Below, piece after piece: positions 13,470 through 22,073 of a DNA stretch of 64,000 bases. The first letter of the stretch is position 1. Each line of letters opens with the position of its first letter. This DNA comes from Syntrophales bacterium (GTDB lineage Bacteria > Desulfobacterota > Syntrophia > Syntrophales > UBA2210). The position numbers were made by a program, and so were the translations under genes. The DNA lies in NCBI GenBank assembly GCA_963666365.2, contig CAXXNF010000002.1, positions 544,001-608,000 on the forward strand, in the 5' to 3' direction. The notes beneath the pieces were generated by a model that saw only the letters and a list, made by a program, of their open reading frames with translations, was not told where the DNA came from and searched no databases.

Positions 13470-13494
13470 CAATATCCGGTGATTGATTTATGTT
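13466..13494 (+). promoter_or_regulatory. Sigma70-type promoter for tRNA-fMet
   Basis: TTGACA, 17-nt spacer, TATGTT, ending 25 nt upstream of the tRNA. Confidence 0.6.
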
Positions 13495-13519
13495 CTCACA
13501 CTCTGGAACACACACATGA

Positions 13520-13596
<77 letters not shown>

Positions 13597-13605
13597 AATA
13601 AAAAC

Positions 13606-13634
13606 AAGGGGTTAGGCAATCAGCTTAACCCCTT
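13606..13634 (+). terminator. Hairpin/terminator after the tRNA
   Basis: AAGGGGTTA...TAACCCCTT inverted repeat. Confidence 0.6.
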
Positions 13635-14119
13635 AAATTTTAGTCTCTGCTAACACCCTGCTACCAGAAAGCCTTAAACCGTACGGAAAAGATATCGTCC
13701 ACTTTTTTTGATAGCGTGCTACCGGAATGGTAGCAGGGAATAATCCCGCCCATGCTTTGAATTGAAAGCTTATACCCCCATCTTTGTCTGTCCCAGTGCT
13801 TACCACCTATTAGTTTTATCAATCGGCCTTTGCCGGTATTACCTGAACGCCCAGCGCCTCGCCGACTTTTACCGGCCCCATGCCTTCGGACATTTTAGAT
13901 AATGTGAGAAAAAAATTTGATTAATTTGCCAAGTACACCTACGAATGCTCAAACTTATACCAAGAGAAAATCGATTATTACCGTTTGAAAGACTCAACCT
14001 AATATCCCTTGACAAGGTATCTTAATGGAGCTAGTAATATACCACATTTATCGATCTCGAATGAATAGGCTCACTTTTGAAGAGCTGTAACCCAAGGGGG
14101 GATTATGGTCGGATAATCT

Positions 14120-14160
14120 AAAGCCCTGTTTCTCACTATGAGAGATAGGGCTTTTTTATT
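14120..14160 (+). terminator. Intrinsic terminator
   Basis: AAAGCCCTGTTTCTCA-CTA-TGAGAGATAGGGCTTT followed by a T-run. Confidence 0.7.
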
Positions 14161-14276
14161 TAAGAATCGCGTTGAACGAAAAGTGGAACAAAACAACAAT
14201 AACAGCTTCTGTGGGAAGCCGATACTTAGGAGTGTTATATAGTTTCTGTATAACACCCCTAAATAAATGAGTCGTT

Positions 14277-14340
14277 TTATAACATTTAAGGTTGTATGCG
14301 GAATTATGGCTAACTCCGCATACAACCTTAAATGTTCGCA
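14277..14340 (+). mobile_element. attC-like site 1, upstream boundary of the cassette array
   Basis: TTATAAC...GTTCGCA with a perfect 22-bp inverted repeat (14281-14302 / 14315-14336). No extrahelical bases, so atypical. Confidence 0.55.
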
Positions 14341-14362
14341 ACATAGATATGAGGAATAGTAT

Positions 14363-14959
14363 ATGACTTACGAAGAGATTCTGAAATTCCACGGACATGA
14401 GTGCCCCGGCATTGCCATCGGCTATCGGATGGCAGAAGCAGCAATGGTGGAGTTGGCATTACTGCGAGCCGCCGATGAGGAACTGGTGGCAATTGTCGAG
14501 AACGATGCTTGTGGAGTCGATGCTGTGCAATGCCTGACTGGTTGCACGTTCGGGAAAGGTAATCTTATCTTCAGGGACTATGGCAAGCACGTGTACACAC
14601 TATACTCGCGCAAGTTTCATGTTGGTGTTCGCGTTTCATTCAACAGCACAAAAGTCCCGCCTGATGTTCACGAACGGCGAGATGAGTTCACCCGCTGGAT
14701 ACTAGCGACTCCATCTGAGCAGATGCTCACGATAGACAAAGTGCACATCAGCGAACCTGAACCCGCGAAGATACAGAAGAGCATAGCTTGTTCATTCTGC
14801 GGTGAGGAAGTCATGGAGACCCGCTTGAAGCAATTGCGCGGTGAACCCGTGTGTATACCTTGTCTCTTGAAATACAACGAGTGCGAACAATCGTATGCAG
14901 GAGCGACTCTGAAATCCGCCGCCTTTCAGGCAGCGGATTTCAGAGCGTCTGATGCGTAG
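14363..14959 (+). CDS. FmdE/FwdE family protein with C-terminal zinc finger (integron cassette)
   Basis: FHGHECPG, ENDACGVDAVQCLTGCTFGKGN, CxxC...CIPC. The 3' end of the ORF runs through attC site 2. Confidence 0.88.
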   Translation: MTYEEILKFHGHECPGIAIGYRMAEAAMVELALLRAADEELVAIVENDACGVDAVQCLTGCTFGKGNLIFRDYGKHVYTLYSRKFHVGVRVSFNSTKVPPDVHERRDEFTRWILATPSEQMLTIDKVHISEPEPAKIQKSIACSFCGEEVMETRLKQLRGEPVCIPCLLKYNECEQSYAGATLKSAAFQAADFRASDA

Positions 14960-14967
14960 CGTTCATC
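14882..14967 (+). mobile_element. attC site 2
   Basis: R'' TGCGAAC ... R' GTTCATC with an imperfect internal palindrome. TGCGAAC is the exact reverse complement of GTTCGCA at the cassette start (14334-14340). Confidence 0.85.
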
Positions 14968-15030
14968 CCGACCGCAAGCGGTCGGGATGAACGGGGCCGC
15001 GACTGTCGCCACGTGCCGCCGCCTGCGGCG

Positions 15031-15112
15031 GACGAACACGCGGCTTGATCTGCCGGTCCTCAGAAAATTACAATTTTCTTCGGACCGCAGCTCAGCCGCG
15101 GCCCCGTTAGCC
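15031..15112 (+). mobile_element. attC site 3
   Basis: R'' GACGAAC ... R' GTTAGCC; arms CGCGGCT(T)GATCTGC(C)GGTCC / GGACCGCAGCTCAGCCGCG with two unpaired bases. Confidence 0.8.
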
Positions 15113-15173
15113 AAACCAATAAGCCAGTCATATGCCGGAAAAATTTGCCTATTAAGAATTGAAGGGGATTAAA

Positions 15174-15620
15174 ATGAATTCAAAGACAAAGACTGGAATA
15201 ATTATTTGCGATCGCTATCGCCGCTGTGCGGGCGGTAAATGTTTCCGAGCGATGAAAAATAAGGAAGGTGCTTTCAGTATATACAGGGACACCGAAGTTG
15301 AGTTGGTTGGTTTTACGACATGCGATGGTTGCCCTGGAGGCAACATCGAATATGCGGGCGAAGAAATGGTCAAAAATGGTGCAGAGGTTATCCATTTAGC
15401 TACCGGCCTTGTGGTTGGTTATCCCCCCTGTCCCTACATCGATACATTCAAAGCCTTTCTTGAAAAACGCTATAAGGTAAATGTCGTTGTGGGTACGCAC
15501 CCGATTCCGAAAAAATATCTTGATATGCATACTCATCTTGGGACATGGAAGAACCCCGCTTGGAAGCCTCTTATTGCGCCGACCATGAGTGATGAAGCGA
15601 CCCGCGCAAGTTACGACTAA
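15174..15620 (+). CDS. CGGC domain protein (integron cassette)
   Basis: C...CAGGKC, CDGCPG, IHLATG, CP, GTH pattern. Confidence 0.85.
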   Translation: MNSKTKTGIIICDRYRRCAGGKCFRAMKNKEGAFSIYRDTEVELVGFTTCDGCPGGNIEYAGEEMVKNGAEVIHLATGLVVGYPPCPYIDTFKAFLEKRYKVNVVVGTHPIPKKYLDMHTHLGTWKNPAWKPLIAPTMSDEATRASYD

Positions 15621-15711
15621 TTATGGCCTTTGCAAATCTGATGGGAAATCTTGATGAATTCCCAAGGCTTGCTTTGGCAGCCATAGTGTACGAATTCATC
15701 GCCTGCCGGTT

Positions 15712-15770
15712 GGCTAACCAAGCTAATGTAGCCGACGCAAAAAAACGCGCGGCTAATTAGCTCGTTATTA
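15712..15770 (+). mobile_element. attC site 4 (59-bp element)
   Basis: GGCTAAC...GTTATTA, 59 bp; arms AGCTAAT(G)TAGCCG(A)CGC / GCGCGGCTAATTAGCT with two extrahelical bases. GGCTAAC complements GTTAGCC at 15106-15112. Confidence 0.9.
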
Positions 15771-15928
15771 TTATCAAATCTGCCGTTGGTTCTTGCCCCA
15801 AATTTTACTGACAGCAAGAGTCAACGGGAAATTTGCCCCCATAAGATAATGGCTTTGTAGATGATGGTCGGTTTGACTGGTAGGCCGACAGCGAACTATT
15901 TCATAACCAAGGTAAAAGGAGTTATGTC

Positions 15929-16966
15929 ATGCTCGGAGTCATATTTTTAGGAAACAAGAAAATGGAGTTGGGGGAGATTCCCGATCCAAACGTAAGAGAA
16001 GGGGATGTGTTGATACGAGTAAAAGCCAGCGCTATATGTGGAAGCGAAATGGAGACCTTTGTTCCCCCAAGAGGCCTTCCCTGGAAAGGGAACCCGGGGC
16101 ATGAGGTAATGGGCATAATCGAGGATCCCAACGGCTCAAAACGCTTTCGAAAGGGAGATCGAATCGGCGTTTCAACGCTCCAGGGTTGCGAAAACTGTTT
16201 TTGGTGCTTACAGGGAAAACAGATTTTCTGTAAGCAGGTCAGAGGAATCAGAAACGCCCACAGCGAGTACGTGGTCTCCAAAGAGATCTGGCTGCACCCC
16301 CTGGATGACGATATAACCGATGGTGTGGCAGTGCTTCTTTCCGGCGACGGGATGGGGGTACCTTATGGCGCCAGTATCAAAAGCGGGGTGGCTCCGGGTG
16401 ACATTACCTGCGTGTTCGGGACGGGCCCCGTCGGCTTGGGGATGACATTGTTTCAAACCTATTTGGGGGCTAAGGTCATAGCGGTTGATATAAACCCGCT
16501 CGCGCTTGAGCGGGCGAAACAACTGGGCGCATGGAAGACCATAAATCCTAAAGAGACGACAGACCTGAAGACCGCAATCTATGACCTGACCTTTGGCCTG
16601 GGACCCAACAAAAGTTTCGATGCTATCTCCATGGGCAACCAGGACCTGTTTCACACCATGTTGGACGTCACCATGCCGGGAGGCACGGTGGTGACCGTCG
16701 CACATGGCGATCATGGGATAGACCATGTCCGGGAGCGGCTTTCCTTCCACCTGAACCCGGCCCAAAGGGAGATTTGGGGCAGGAACCTCACCGTGATGGG
16801 TAACTGGATGTGCAATTTCAGTGACTGGTCAGACATGGTGGCCCTGGTCAGAGACGGCTTTCAGATAGACCGCATCATCACCAACCATTTTCCCATTGAA
16901 GCGGCGGATGAGGCATATCGCCGGGTTTCTGAGGGCCTGGAAGGCAAGGTGATACTGACGCATTAA
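15929..16966 (+). CDS. Zinc-dependent alcohol/polyol dehydrogenase (MDR family)
   Basis: ICGSE, GHE, CxxCxxC-x7-C, GTGPVG. Confidence 0.9.
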   Translation: MLGVIFLGNKKMELGEIPDPNVREGDVLIRVKASAICGSEMETFVPPRGLPWKGNPGHEVMGIIEDPNGSKRFRKGDRIGVSTLQGCENCFWCLQGKQIFCKQVRGIRNAHSEYVVSKEIWLHPLDDDITDGVAVLLSGDGMGVPYGASIKSGVAPGDITCVFGTGPVGLGMTLFQTYLGAKVIAVDINPLALERAKQLGAWKTINPKETTDLKTAIYDLTFGLGPNKSFDAISMGNQDLFHTMLDVTMPGGTVVTVAHGDHGIDHVRERLSFHLNPAQREIWGRNLTVMGNWMCNFSDWSDMVALVRDGFQIDRIITNHFPIEAADEAYRRVSEGLEGKVILTH

Positions 16967-17050
16967 TCATGATGATGTAAGCCTCCTATGGGGACATCAG
17001 AAGATCCGCACCCGTTGCGGATCTCTTATCCGAAAAAGAAAGGAGACATT

Positions 17051-18361
17051 ATGGCAGTCTTTGATCATATGCCGATGGGTGAAGAAGGACTCAAAGAAAT
17101 CTATGCCTGGATCGATGATTATGTAAAACGGAACCTTACCATTGCGGAAAAAATCGTTCTGGGCAGGTCCGAAGACGGCAAATGGGACGTGCCGGCGGTG
17201 ATCGTTACCAATCGTTCCGTCGCCGAGGATGAAAAACAGAATGCCATCGTTACCCTGGCCCGACATGGCCAGGAAAGAGGTGCCAGGGTTGTGGGTCCCG
17301 AGATCTTGGAATACCTGGCAAGTGATGCCGCCGGTGAGACGCGAGATAAGCAAACCGTCGTGGTCGTTCCGGTGGTCAATCCCGCAGGTGTTGTTCGCGA
17401 TGAATTTCATTCCTCTCTGCATGGGATTACCGACCATGAAAAGAAAATATTTGGCGTTCTGTGTTCTCGTTTCGTGCCCGACATGATGATCGACTACCAC
17501 AGCCTGGGCAAAAGTGATGCGACGAAATACGATCGCGGGGATATGGAGGTCATCATCCCGGCAAACACCACGCGGTGGGGCATGGATGAACAGATTTATA
17601 GCCATGTGTCGGGCAAGATGGTCGAGACCTGCGCGGCGGCAGGATGGCCCTATGAGATACACCCCCTGGAGGACCTGAATTACTATTACTTCGGAGACGC
17701 CAGGACGGGGCGGCGGCCCCACAAGTATATGCAGGAAAAGGTATTCCTGCTTCATATCCAGAATTTTTCGGAGCACTACGATTTGCCCGAGGAACCGCCA
17801 CGCTATACGAATTACACCAACGGTCCCGCATACCTCAAATGGCACACCATGATCTTCGGTGTCGAGACGAATCACTGGAGCATCAGTCCCACGGAGGGTT
17901 TGGGTGAAAGCGGCTTGCTGCCCTGTAAGGCGCTCCTCGATATGGGTAACAGCCGGTTTCCCTGGGAGCACTATAGCGGCTACCCCACCAACCTCGTGGA
18001 CGGGGACTTCAGGATATCCATACGGGCAACCGGCAGGACCCCGGGGGAACGACGGGTGAACCGCGAGAAGATTTGGAAAGAAAGGGTCAACTTTGAGATT
18101 CTCAAGCGAGTCATGCTGGACAACCCCGAAGAAACGCTGGTGGACGTCGGTTACCTGGGAAACGATTTCCCGTTGGATTTTGAGCTGAGTCTTCGTATGA
18201 GACAAAATACCATCAAGACGGTCACCGTCGATGATCGTCCCGTGGACTTCGATACCGTGAAAGACAATTGCTCAACCTATGTTTTCATTCCCCTATCACT
18301 CATGAAAGCGGGGCTGTTACACATTACGGTTACCCATGAACCATTCCGAAAAAAGGATTAA
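17051..18361 (+). CDS. M14-like zinc carboxypeptidase/deacylase domain protein
   Basis: LGRS, HGQE (HxxE), VPVVNPAG, IDYH; AGGAG RBS before ATG 17051. Confidence 0.72.
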   Translation: MAVFDHMPMGEEGLKEIYAWIDDYVKRNLTIAEKIVLGRSEDGKWDVPAVIVTNRSVAEDEKQNAIVTLARHGQERGARVVGPEILEYLASDAAGETRDKQTVVVVPVVNPAGVVRDEFHSSLHGITDHEKKIFGVLCSRFVPDMMIDYHSLGKSDATKYDRGDMEVIIPANTTRWGMDEQIYSHVSGKMVETCAAAGWPYEIHPLEDLNYYYFGDARTGRRPHKYMQEKVFLLHIQNFSEHYDLPEEPPRYTNYTNGPAYLKWHTMIFGVETNHWSISPTEGLGESGLLPCKALLDMGNSRFPWEHYSGYPTNLVDGDFRISIRATGRTPGERRVNREKIWKERVNFEILKRVMLDNPEETLVDVGYLGNDFPLDFELSLRMRQNTIKTVTVDDRPVDFDTVKDNCSTYVFIPLSLMKAGLLHITVTHEPFRKKD

Positions 18362-18440
18362 AGAAATAGGTCCGTTTGCTGCCAAATGTGCAATGGAAAA
18401 AATTACCAATATTGTTGAAAATAGGTTTGAGCTCTTAGAA

Positions 18441-20213
18441 CCTAAATTCCCGGCTTAATGTAACGAGGTTGGCGGGGCGATCCCCATTGCCTCATAAAGT
18501 TCGATTTGTTTCTTTGTCACTTCACCTACGCGAAGTTCATACCCCGGGTACTCAAAGCATTCAATGATGTCCAGTTCATCCAGAAGCTCATGCATCGTAT
18601 ATTTTTTGAAAAGATTTCCATCTTGCATCTTCTTTTTGAGATAAGAAAGAAAAATAAGCGCGATAAATTCCACAAACAGCTTGCCGTCCAGACTTTGATC
18701 GGAGGACACCGCCATGCGGTTGAAATTCAGTCGCTCTTTCAGATTTCCGAAGGCCTTTTCCACAAGATCCTTGTTCCGGTATATTTCCAGGGCTGCGATA
18801 GGTTCCCTGACCTCGTTGCTGAGTAACACAAAAAATCCATAATTCTTTCGTGCATCAAGAAGAGCATCCTCTCTGGCAATAACCTTTGTCCCTCTTACCG
18901 GGGTGGTGGTGACATCAAAATATTTGGCGTACAGCCTGTCGTGTTCCGGAAGGGTTGCGCCGCCTTCCAATTCCTCCTGCAGACGACAAAGCAGGGCGTT
19001 GAAGTTCTTTTCATCCTCCAATGCCCGTTCACTGTTAAAATAGAGGTGCATATACATCCGGCGTTTTCCCTTAAGAATATCGCCCTTGTAAGGACGCTCC
19101 TGAGAATAGTCCCATTCTATCTTCGTGGTGCAGGCATAAAGATCATGTTTCTGATTATAGTGTGTCCAGGTACGGAGTGAATCGCGCACATTATCCAGTT
19201 CGGTCTTTACGAATTTCAACGACTTCTTTGCGGCAATCAGGAATTTCAAATGATTCCGGTACAGGTCGTTGATATTGTCCTCGCTGTAGAATCCCCTGTC
19301 CATAACCAGCTTGATCTTGTCGTACCCAAAGAAATCGATGTCAGCCAGAAGGTTCTTCACTGTCTTCACATCGGGAATGTTGCCTGCAAGTTTTCGGTAG
19401 TAAAAAGGAAGATTGGATTCCTCCCCGAACAATAACGCGAGATTGATCTGCGGAAGCGGCTCATGATCCTTGTTCATCCCGTATCTGACCTGGCTTAAGC
19501 ATCTGGAATAGCTCGATATGGAGGTCGTATCATAGGCCCAGTACTCTTTCTCGACTCGCCGTCTTCCCTGCAGCCGGAAAAACCGATTCTTGTCGTCTTC
19601 GGTAATAGATGCGAACAACTCACTGCTCCTCTGAGAAGGGATGTTTCTGCCGTAAGGATGCCTATGCGTGGCTGCCCATTTCGGAAAACGGCTCAAGGGG
19701 TTCCTGTCCTCCATGATGAGGTAGTATGCCGTGGACAAAATCTGTTTGTATGTGCCGGGAAAGCATTTTTTCAAATCCGCGGCAATCCCGAGCTTCTCGC
19801 CGATGGCGTCAAAAAGGTATGTTGCCCCGTAAAAACTGCGGGATACATTCTCGATAGGGACCGGACCTCTTTTATGGACTTTGTCATGATTGCCGGGATC
19901 AGTGGCAACCACCCTTTTTCTGGTCGGGATGATCTCCTTTGTCTCGGGATCAACCCGTCCGATGCATCTACGTGTGGCACGAGACTGCTTTTTCTCTTTA
20001 TCCCAGTAGGATAGCGATTCATAGGCATAGGTAATTCCCGTCTGCTTGCTGGTCTGATACACAATCGCCGCCATTGAGCACCCCCCCCTTTTTTATCATC
20101 GTTACATTATGCTTAACATGTAACGAGACTCAAATCAAGGAAAAATGCTCCGATCTATTAATGTTTATTCGGCTTTTATGCCTTTCATCGTTACATTATA
20201 CCGGGAAGGCAGG
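18441..20213 (-). mobile_element. IS1634-family insertion sequence, complete
   Basis: Imperfect terminal IRs CCTAAATTCCCGGCTTAATGTAACGA vs CCTGCCTTCCCGGTATAATGTAACGA (21/26). Target duplication TTAGAA at 18435-18440 and 20214-20219. Confidence 0.9.
18455..20074 (-). CDS. IS1634 family DDE transposase
   Basis: YDTTSIS, YGMNKD, GNIPDV, VMDRGF, YRNKDLVEKAFGNLK; intact 539-aa ORF. Confidence 0.92.
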   Translation of the reverse strand: MAAIVYQTSKQTGITYAYESLSYWDKEKKQSRATRRCIGRVDPETKEIIPTRKRVVATDPGNHDKVHKRGPVPIENVSRSFYGATYLFDAIGEKLGIAADLKKCFPGTYKQILSTAYYLIMEDRNPLSRFPKWAATHRHPYGRNIPSQRSSELFASITEDDKNRFFRLQGRRRVEKEYWAYDTTSISSYSRCLSQVRYGMNKDHEPLPQINLALLFGEESNLPFYYRKLAGNIPDVKTVKNLLADIDFFGYDKIKLVMDRGFYSEDNINDLYRNHLKFLIAAKKSLKFVKTELDNVRDSLRTWTHYNQKHDLYACTTKIEWDYSQERPYKGDILKGKRRMYMHLYFNSERALEDEKNFNALLCRLQEELEGGATLPEHDRLYAKYFDVTTTPVRGTKVIAREDALLDARKNYGFFVLLSNEVREPIAALEIYRNKDLVEKAFGNLKERLNFNRMAVSSDQSLDGKLFVEFIALIFLSYLKKKMQDGNLFKKYTMHELLDELDIIECFEYPGYELRVGEVTKKQIELYEAMGIAPPTSLH

Positions 20214-20246
20214 TTAGAAAGAGAATTGCAGAAATAGAAGTAAGGC

Positions 20247-20310
20247 TCATAACAAGACGCTTTCAGACGGACGCGCAAAAAGCCGCGCACTGCTGAAGCG
20301 CACGTTATAT
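20247..20310 (+). mobile_element. attC site 5
   Basis: TCATAAC...GTTATAT, 64 bp; arms CGCTT(T)CAG...GCGC / GCGC...CTGAAGCG. Confidence 0.85.
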
Positions 20311-20334
20311 TTGAGAAAATCATCAGGAGTATAG

Positions 20335-20718
20335 ATGGACGATTTATCTAAGCAAATTGCAGAAAAGGTTGTTGATACAAAGTATTTTACTGCCGTAATA
20401 GGTTTTCTCGGTGTCATCATTGGAGCGGCTATAAGTATCTTGGGAAACATAATCCTTCACAAACTTTCCGCAAAAAAGGAAAGGCAACATGAGATTCTAA
20501 AAAAAGAATTAGCCAGACTCTACTGGCCGGAGGAGATAGTTGGGGAAATGGCTGAATTGGCGGGGAGCTATCAATTGGATGATCATTTGAGAAATGAGTT
20601 TAAAAAAAGGGTTCAAAAACCCATTATTGCGGCGGGAACTTTCCGAAAACATCCAAGGCTCAAACAAACAATTAGAGATTTGAACCAATACGCTATGATG
20701 CTTTTCTTTCAGAACTGA
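20335..20718 (+). CDS. Hypothetical AT-rich single-TM protein (integron cassette)
   Basis: AGGAG RBS, N-terminal hydrophobic helix, flanked by attC sites; may be 3'-truncated. Confidence 0.65.
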   Translation: MDDLSKQIAEKVVDTKYFTAVIGFLGVIIGAAISILGNIILHKLSAKKERQHEILKKELARLYWPEEIVGEMAELAGSYQLDDHLRNEFKKRVQKPIIAAGTFRKHPRLKQTIRDLNQYAMMLFFQN

Positions 20719-20741
20719 AAATAGTGCTTGATGGCATCAAA

Positions 20742-20802
20742 ATATAACAAGGCATTTGAGCCAATTCACATTCAACGCATCTAGCTCAATTCTATGTTAA
20801 CG
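20742..20802 (+). mobile_element. attC site 6 (degenerate)
   Basis: ATATAAC...GTTAACG; ATATAAC complements GTTATAT at 20304-20310; arms ATT(T)GAGC / GCTCAAT. Confidence 0.7.
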
Positions 20803-21086
20803 ATTTCCAAATGTAATCTTATATTTTTTCTTCACGCCTTGTTTTACTTCTTTCAGGAAGGCATCATCAAATCATTGCAGTCACCAATCCTAGAAAGCGG
20901 GCGGGGTTGAGATGATGATTACCGATTCAAAGAGAGACATTTACCGAAGATAAAACTGACTGCCACCTTTTCTAGCTACCTGTAGGAAGCGATCTTACCT
21001 TTTTCGGCTGGATTGATATTTTCAAGTACCCATCTTTACCCCCTGCCAGACCTTGGGCGCATGTCGGCACTGATCCCAGGGTTGAC

Positions 21087-21492
21087 TCAATGTATGTACC
21101 TGACGGCACGAACATAGTATTCATCAAAGGTCTTCGGTTCGAGGCCGGTGGCTCCAGAAGGAGCCACGAGCCAGGCAAGCTCAGGAGGTTCGGTGGTATC
21201 CGACCAATATCCGTAGCTGATCACGTAAAGCTAATTCATCACTGCTCGGCAGCCGCCAGTCTGAATGACCGCCTAAAGAAAGACTGGAAGCATAACTCAT
21301 GGCAGTATGCCAGTCCATCGGACCAGCCGTTGCCTTCTGCCACATCAGACCAGCACCCTTGTCCGTCACGGTCCCGTCTCCGTTATCCACGCACTGCTGG
21401 GCAAGGACCGTCCCGGACATGACCAGTCCGGTCAGACAGAGCATGAATGCCAGGGCCACTGTTGTGAAAATCTTTCTCCACATTTTCCGCAT
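21087..21492 (-). pseudogene. DUF1566 (Lcl C-terminal-like) secreted protein, frameshifted paralog
   Basis: Near-identical to 21630-22073 up to WRLPS..EL. After a deletion near 21230 the YWSDTT...AWLV...YYVRAVRYIH* tail continues in another frame. Confidence 0.8.
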
Positions 21493-21629
21493 GTCGATAC
21501 TCCTTGATGATATTGAATGATCTTCACAAGCTGAATGCCTTCAGCCTTCTGATTTGGCTGGATGAGTCTGTCTTCAGCGACAACCCTATCTAATAAAAGG
21601 GCCAAATCACCGAAGAATCAAATCAACGA

Positions 21630-22073
21630 TCACTGTCCGGAACGAACCGCCCGCACATAGTAGCTAAGCGACTTATCGCCGTAGTAGGCGCTGCCGGGGC
21701 CGAAATGGACGAGCCACGCGCCGCTCGGAAGGGTGGGGTGGGTATCAGACGACCAGTAGTTGGAAAACACCACTTCCATTATAGATTTACAGGGTGAACG
21801 GTAAAGTCTCTCTAATTCAATCCTGCTCGGCAGCCGCCAGTCTGAATGACCGCCTAAAGAAAGACTGGAAGCATAAATCATGGCATCATACCAGTTCATC
21901 GAACCAGCCGTTGCCTTCTGCCACATCAGACCAGCACCATTGTCCGTCACGGTCCCGTCTCCGTTATCCACACACGTCATCTGGGCAAGGACCGTCCCGG
22001 ACATGGCCAGTCCGGTCAGACAGAGCATGAATGCCAGGGCCACTGTTGTGAAAATCTTTTTCCACATTTTCAT
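21630..22073 (-). CDS. DUF1566 (Lcl C-terminal-like, CLec fold) secreted protein
   Basis: Signal peptide, DNGDGTVTD..GLMWQK, DWRLPS..EL, YWSS, AWLVHF, YVRAVR. Confidence 0.9.
   Translation of the reverse strand: MKMWKKIFTTVALAFMLCLTGLAMSGTVLAQMTCVDNGDGTVTDNGAGLMWQKATAGSMNWYDAMIYASSLSLGGHSDWRLPSRIELERLYRSPCKSIMEVVFSNYWSSDTHPTLPSGAWLVHFGPGSAYYGDKSLSYYVRAVRSGQ

Noticed and set aside
14226..15770. Clustered palindromes as a CRISPR array
   Set aside because: The repeats differ in sequence, spacing is irregular and there are no cas genes; they fit attC structure.
21181..21183. TGA ending the short DUF1566 ORF as possible Sec
   Set aside because: The homologous C-terminus lies in another frame, so this is a frameshift.
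21087..22073. A complete DGR with one paralog as template repeat
   Set aside because: No RT or avd nearby, neither copy is AAC-rich and the differences include indels; kept only as possible remote targets.
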